Below, one piece after another: positions 58,701 to 64,000 of a stretch of DNA of 64,000 nucleotides. Location of the stretch: positions 8,990,001 to 9,054,000 of the forward strand of contig NC_043016.1 in the NCBI RefSeq assembly GCF_006345805.1. Reading direction: 5' to 3'. Both the position numbers and the translations under genes were made by a program. The notes beneath the pieces were generated by a model. The model made no database searches, was not told the DNA's origin, and saw only the letters and a program-made list of their open reading frames with translations. Every line of letters begins with the position of its first letter. Position 1 is the stretch's first letter. Source of the stretch: Octopus sinensis (taxonomy: Eukaryota).

Positions 58701-61700
58701 AATATATTAAGTCCAAGGATGGGACTTTTGGTAACACATTTATTCCTTAGCTACATGTATATCAACACCAAGTATCGAAGTGATCACAGGAATGTGAAGT
58801 GAAGTGTTTCGCTCAAGAACACAATGCACCACCCAGTCTAGGAATTGAAACCACAATCTCAGGATCAAGAGTACAACATCCTAGCCACAGGGCCATGCAC
58901 CTTCATATATATATATATATATATATACATACACACACAACGGCAGTAAACTGACAGAATTATTAGCATGGTGGGCAAAATGCTTAGTGGCATTTTGTCT
59001 GTCTTTATGTTCTGAGTTTGAATTCCACCAAGGTCGACTTTATCCTTCATCTCTCTCAGGGTCAATAAAATAATTACAAGTCAAGCACTGAAATTAATGT
59101 AATTGACTTACCCTTCCCTCAAAATTTATGGACTTGAGCCAAAATTTAAAACCTACACACACATGGATTAATAAATTTATGAATATGTACAATTTTTTTT
59201 TAAAGAATTGGTTTTTATAACATTATTTAAAAAAAAATTTTCTACATATTTTATATACCCTCGTTAAGTTGTCTTAATTTGAATCAGTGCATAATTGTGT
59301 CTATATGTAGAATCTATCTATCAATCTAACAAAAAGAACTATATAGTGATCCCTTTCTAGTATATATCAGGCTGAGTAAAAAGTAAGCAGCGTTTTGAAA
59401 CATGAAGTTCATCACAATATATTTCAACAATGTGGAAATTTTATTTATCAAAGTAAGTACCATTACAATCAACACATTTTTCCCGAGTTACAAGTTTGTT
59501 TATTCCAGTAACATAAAAATCTGGAACTGATGAACTCTTTCAACACACTTTCAGCATCAGTTTGCTTTATGAACTCCTTCTCTCGAAGGAAACCATCAAG
59601 GTGCATGAAAAAAAGTGGTAGTCGGTAGGAGAAAGGTCTGGGGAATAACCTGGGTGGAGAAGAATTTCGTAGCCAAGTTCCTTTAACTTCTGGAGTGTCA
59701 TTAGTGAAATGTGTGGTCGAGCATTGTTATGAAGAATGATTGGCTCACTTCTGTTGACCAGTCTGGGGTGGAAGAGTAGCAGTTTTTTCTTCATTTTGGC
59801 AGTAATAGTTTTACTGGGTTTTTAGAAGTTATAGAGGATGAGTTCAGCAGTACACTACCAAGCGGTCACCATAGCCTTCTTTTTGAAGAGCACAGGTTTA
59901 GGGAAGGTTGTCAGTGCTTCATTTTGGTTCAACCACTGTGAAGAATGTTTTTTTATTATTGTACAGAATCCACTTTTTATCGCAAGTTACAATGCGGTCA
60001 AGAAATGGATCAGTCTGGTTACGGAAAAGAAGCAACAAGCAAATTTCATATCTGCGCATTTTCTGATTTTCTTTCAGATTGTGTGATATGTATTTTGAAT
60101 ATCTGTCTTATTATTTATTTTCTTGTTTTTATTGGATGGTATGTGAAGCATGTTTTTTTTATATATCAATATTATTATTATACTTTTCTAGTTATGTATA
60201 TCCTCTGATGAGGCCTTTGGTTATTTAAACAGACAAATATAATCTTTAATGCCTAGGACTATATTACAATGGCATCTATAGGCAACTTAAGTTGAACTGT
60301 CTCTTAACCATTGGCTGAAACAGCTGTAAGGAGCAGTTTATTTGTATTATTTTTATTTTTATTTTATTATTAATTTGCATATTGATGTATATTGTTTTGT
60401 TCGATTTTCATGTTCCTATTTGTATAATTAATAAATAATATGAAATTGTTATATCCGTAAGTTGATGATCGAAATGAATTTGTTCCTCCATTTTCTTATT
60501 TATATATATAACTCATATTAAACTCTGGACTTTTGGATTTTACTCAAAGGATATTGGAATATTACACATATATACCATTATGCCTATAAAACGGATTTAC
60601 AAATTCAATACCTATACATATCTTACATCTACTTTCTTTCCTCCACCTCACTCTCTATTTGTATTACATTGAAACTAACTATGACTTAATTTTTCCTCTC
60701 ACACCGTCTCCAATGAAGGGATATTATTAATTAATATTCTGGAAACAGCTGTAAGACCTTCTATCTATAAATGCTCTAATATCTGTACAGCCTTGGTTGT
60801 TTATCTTATTACGCAAAAAAATTCTTATATATATATATATACTGTGGGGGACAAAAGAGTTTGCAGACCTATTTTTTCTCAATTTCTTTATTAATTTTCC
60901 TTTATTTTTTAGTTTCACCTCTTCCATCATTTGCTGGTTGCCATTCTGTTTTTTTTCATTACTACATTTTACGAAAAAACCCAGAATTTAATAATTGTTA
61001 AACATTTTCCTCTTTTCAGGTGAGCCAAAAGTTTATGCAGGTAACATAAATTTATTAATAATGGCTAAAGGAAAGATGTTGACAGATAGCGAGACGGGTG
61101 AAATTGTTAAATAACTTGCTGCAAAGAAGTCTACATTAAAATTTCAAAAATTTTGAAACGAGATCATCGAACTGTGAAACGTTTCGTCATTGACGGCAAA
61201 GATGGAAGAAAAAAGCACAAAAGTGGCAGACCAAAGGTGACTTCACCACGAGATATGAGAAAAATCAAGAGGAGTGTGCTAGCAAACCCACACAGCACAA
61301 GCAAAGCTATTTTCGACCATGCAGGAGTGTCTGACATCTCTAAAAGGACCCGAAATCGGATTTTGAAACAAATAGCCGACCAGAGAACACCGACAAAATG
61401 TCCTCCTTTGAGTGATATCAACTGTCAGAAGCGACTAGCATGGGCCACTAAATATTTGAAAACCAATTTTCAAAATGTTCTCTGGACTGACGAGGCTAGA
61501 GCAACCCTCGACGGTCCTGACGGTTGGACCAAGGGATGGCTTCTTAAAAGCAATAGCCCACGCTTGCGATTCAGACGTCAACAGGGAGGAGGGGGAGTGA
61601 TGATTTGGGCTGGGATTATTGGAAGTGAGATTGTTGGTCCTTTTCTTGTCCCTGAAAGTGTCAAAATGAATTCTGTGAACCACTGCGAGTTTTTAGAAGA

Positions 61701-62476
61701 GAATTTATTGCCCTGGTTGAATTCACAAAATGATGCTGTCAACCAGAATCTCATTATTCAACAAGACAATGCCCCAAGCCATGCTTCTCAGTTCACAAAA
61801 GCTTGGATTTCAGACCAGGGGATCTCTGGTGAACGTCTGATGGACTGGCCACCTCAGAGCCCGGATTTGAATCCGATAGAGAACCTCTGGTCGATTCTGA
61901 AGAGGAAGGTTTACGAAAACGGGCATCAATTCAACAGTAAAAAAGACATTTGGGAGAGGATCAAGGAGGTATCTTCTGAAATCACACCTCAACAAGTGCA
62001 TAAATTAACATCCTCTGTTGATAGGAGGCTGATGGATTTGATTAAGAATGGAGGAAAGCGTATAAAGGGTTAAATTGTTTTATAAATTTGTATTGTTTTG
62101 TTAATTGTTATTTGAGCAATAACTGTTGTTTTCTTGTAATATGTTATCAAAATATGGTACTATTATCATAATGACACAATGTTTCAACTTATATTATGTT
62201 TAAAAATGTTATTTATTTCAAATAAATGAGTCTTGCAAACTCTTTTGGCCCATATTTCTTCCTGAAATATTTTAAAAATCCATATTTTCCCCCCAGAATA
62301 TGATTATTTGGTTTCCATCTCTAGGAATTTACTTTATATATTTGCATATCGAACAATGAGTAATATAGTTATTATATTGGAAAATATTGAAGCATAGATT
62401 TATCAATATATACAATTTGCAAACACTTTTGACCCCCACAGTATATATATATATAGATAGATAGTTAGACAGATAG

Positions 62477-62523
<47 letters not shown>

Positions 62524-62721
62524 TAGATAGATAGATAGGTAGATATATATAAATAGATAGATAGATAGACAGATAGGTAGATATATATATATAAATAGAT
62601 CAATAGATAGTTAGATAGGTAGATATATATATAGATAGATAGATTTTCCCCATTATGATCTAGTGTTAGCATCCAAAAGGTTATTATTAATTTTAAAATT
62701 CTCAATACTTTACACACACAC

Positions 62722-62769
<48 letters not shown>

Positions 62770-63793
62770 ATTGGTGAAGGCATGTGGCTTAGTGGTTGGG
62801 GTATTTGGCTCATAATCATAAGATCATAAGTTCAATTCTTGACAACATGTGTCCCTGAGCAAGACATTTTATTCCGTGTTGCTCCAGTCCACTCAGCTGG
62901 CAAAAATGAGTGGTACCTGTGTTTAAAAGGGCCAGCCTTGTCACATTGTGTATCATGCTGAATCTCCCTGAGAAGTACATTAAGGGTATGCATGTCTGTG
63001 GAATGCTCAGCCACTTGCACGTTAATTTCACAAGCAGGCTGTTCTGTTGATCGGATCAACTGGAACCCTCGTCGTTGTAAGTGACAAGAGTACCAGTTTA
63101 TATATATATATTTATATATATATTACATGCTATTGTACATATATAAGTTATCCAGGAAGACAGCATATCCAACAACATTTTTTTTTTTTTGCACACACTA
63201 ACTCATGCAAGAAGCAGAAATAACAGTTTTACACACACATACACACACACACTTCTAACCAGGTTTTGTCTGCCATTGGTACTCACAAGTCATTTATTGG
63301 CTTGAAGCATTGAAGAAGCAATGATAGAAGACACTTGCCCACAATATCTGGACTGAACCTTAAGGCCACATGGTTACAAAATGGACTTTTTAAGCATACA
63401 GCCATGCCCATGCCTATGAAATAACATTTATATGTGTGTATGTATGTGACAGCAATGTGCTGGTGCCACACCAAGAGCACTCAGTACACTCTGTAAATAG
63501 GGTGGCACTAGGAAGGCCCTCCAGCTGTAGAAACCAAACCAAAACAGACAAATGGGGCTTGGTGCAGCTCCCCAGCTTGCCAGCTGTTGTCAAACCGTCC
63601 AACCCATGCTACCATGAAAACGGATGTTAAATGATGATGTTGATACAAACATGTAGATCGTTGATATTAATTGCTTACCTGTGACTTATGGGTATGTTGA
63701 ATAGTTGGAGTTGGATCTGAAAGAGGACGAGAAGTCGTCATGATTTGCTCCTTCATGTAGATCACAGCTGCTTTCAGTGTCACCAAACAGTAA
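55654..63793 (-). CDS. 3' part of a probable VPS9-domain (Rab5 GEF-type) protein gene; join of complement(63679-63793, 58315-58504, 56878-56974, 55654-55705); 5' exons lie outside the window
   Basis: Four AG/GT-bounded exons with matching phases (2>0, 0>1, 1>2, 2>stop) give (G)[38 protein letters not shown]|[13 protein letters not shown]...TSSIFG|PYSKKIS...KKPDLG|[30 protein letters not shown] resembles the G-E-x-G-Y-x-L-T-x-x-x-A-A-V-x-Y/F C-terminal helix of VPS9 domains. The gene structure is seen in sequence; the family call is inference. Confidence 0.7.
56330..56770 (+). mobile_element. RTE 3'-UTR repeat copy
   Basis: Shared core. Confidence 0.83.
56878..56974 (-). CDS. VPS9-like gene exon ([31 protein letters not shown])
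   Basis: TTTTGTGTTTACAG acceptor, GG|GTATGT donor, 97 nt open. Confidence 0.7.
57710..58023 (+). mobile_element. RTE 3'-UTR repeat copy with subrepeats
   Basis: Shared core and (GAT)n tail. Confidence 0.87.
58315..58504 (-). CDS. VPS9-like gene exon ([63 protein letters not shown])
   Basis: TTTTTAG acceptor (a second CAG lies 4 nt downstream), G|GTAAGT donor, 190 nt open; overlaps ORF-track entry 58298..58495. Confidence 0.75.
59367..60090 (-). mobile_element. 5'-truncated mariner (DD34D-type) remnant
   Basis: Minus-strand fragments [22 protein letters not shown] and [16 protein letters not shown]; TA-flanked terminus TCAGGCTGAGTAAAAAG at 59367. Confidence 0.85.
60201..60332 (+). ncRNA. 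Minimal type I hammerhead ribozyme motif, second copy
   Basis: TCCT-CTGATGA-GGCC...GGCT-GAAA-C-AGCT-G-TA-AGGA; stem II extended by TGGTTA/TAACCA. Confidence 0.75.
60842..62441 (+). mobile_element. Full-length 1600-bp Tc1-like DNA transposon, DD37E (TRT-type)
   Basis: 26-bp TIRs at 60842-60867 and 62416-62441 (CTGTGGGGG[A/T]CAAAAG[A/T]GTTTGCA[G/A]A, 3 mismatches), TA TSDs inside (TA)n, and a transposase reading frame. Confidence 0.95.
61061..62073 (+). pseudogene. DD37E transposase, reconstructed about 337 aa; premature TAA at 61112-61114 and a 1-nt deletion at about 61139; 61153-62073 open
   Basis: Motifs [64 protein letters not shown]; 37 residues counted between the second D and the E. 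Confidence 0.92.
62442..62765. repeat. (TA)n/(TAGA)n/(CA)n microsatellite cluster
   Basis: Direct reading. Confidence 0.92.
62776..63090 (+). mobile_element. tRNA-derived SINE family D (second copy 32545-33230, interrupted by a LINE stub)
   Basis: Shared CCAGTCCACTCAGCTGGCAAAAATGAGT core in both copies. Confidence 0.8.
63460..63640 (+). mobile_element. Degenerate RTE 3'-UTR repeat copy
   Basis: GGAAGGCCCTCCAGCTGTAGAAAC...GTCCAACCCATGCTACCATGAAAACGG. Confidence 0.72.
63679..63793 (-). CDS. VPS9-like gene exon ([16 protein letters not shown]...HKSQ)
   Basis: TTTCTTACTTGCAG acceptor, CAG|GTAAGC donor, 115 nt open in phase 2. Confidence 0.72.
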
Positions 63794-64000
63794 CTGCAAG
63801 TAAGAAAGTTGTATAAACAAACTGCTTCCTGATGTTTCACTAACGGAGTAACATTGTCTTATAATTGATTTGATAAAACCCTGAACATGCCTGAAATCTG
63901 TGGAGGCACATGGTCTAGTGGTTAGAGCAGCGGACTTGCGGTCGAGGGATCGTGGGTTCAAATCTCAGACTGGGCGATGTGTGTGTTTATGAGCGAAACA

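Overview
AT-rich eukaryotic genomic DNA, most likely octopus (inferred from the SINE, RTE-tail and MITE families, not from a search). Three spliced genes can be rebuilt by hand. (1) AP2M1, the AP-2 mu subunit: minus strand, 10 coding exons from 34181 down to 15439, 439 aa, with a probable non-coding first exon near 44806-44900. (2) RPL22/eL22: plus strand, 4 coding exons 45545-50611, head-to-head with AP2M1, with a TATA box and TCT/TOP start. (3) The last four exons of a probable VPS9-domain gene: minus strand, 63793 down to 55654, entering from beyond the window. The rest is mostly mobile DNA: several tRNA-derived SINE families, about 16 RTE-LINE 3' ends with (GAT)n tails, two RTE-X-like stubs, a decayed CR1/Jockey-type LINE, an ORF1-only L1/Tx1-like element, three Tc1/mariner lineages (near-intact DD37E/TRT-type, decayed DD37D, decayed DD34D), two non-autonomous Helitrons, piggyBac-type MITEs, and a long-TIR MITE family carrying TTAGGG repeats. 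The most notable observations are minimal type I hammerhead ribozyme cores in a dispersed Penelope/retrozyme-like repeat (18907-19033, 60201-60332, degenerate 60706-60757), a perfect internal 5' splice site in RPL22 exon 2 predicted to give an NMD isoform, hairpins in RPL22 introns, the DD37E transposon with IR/DR ends, and the half-L1-like element. Repeat boundaries are approximate unless a TIR or TSD is quoted.
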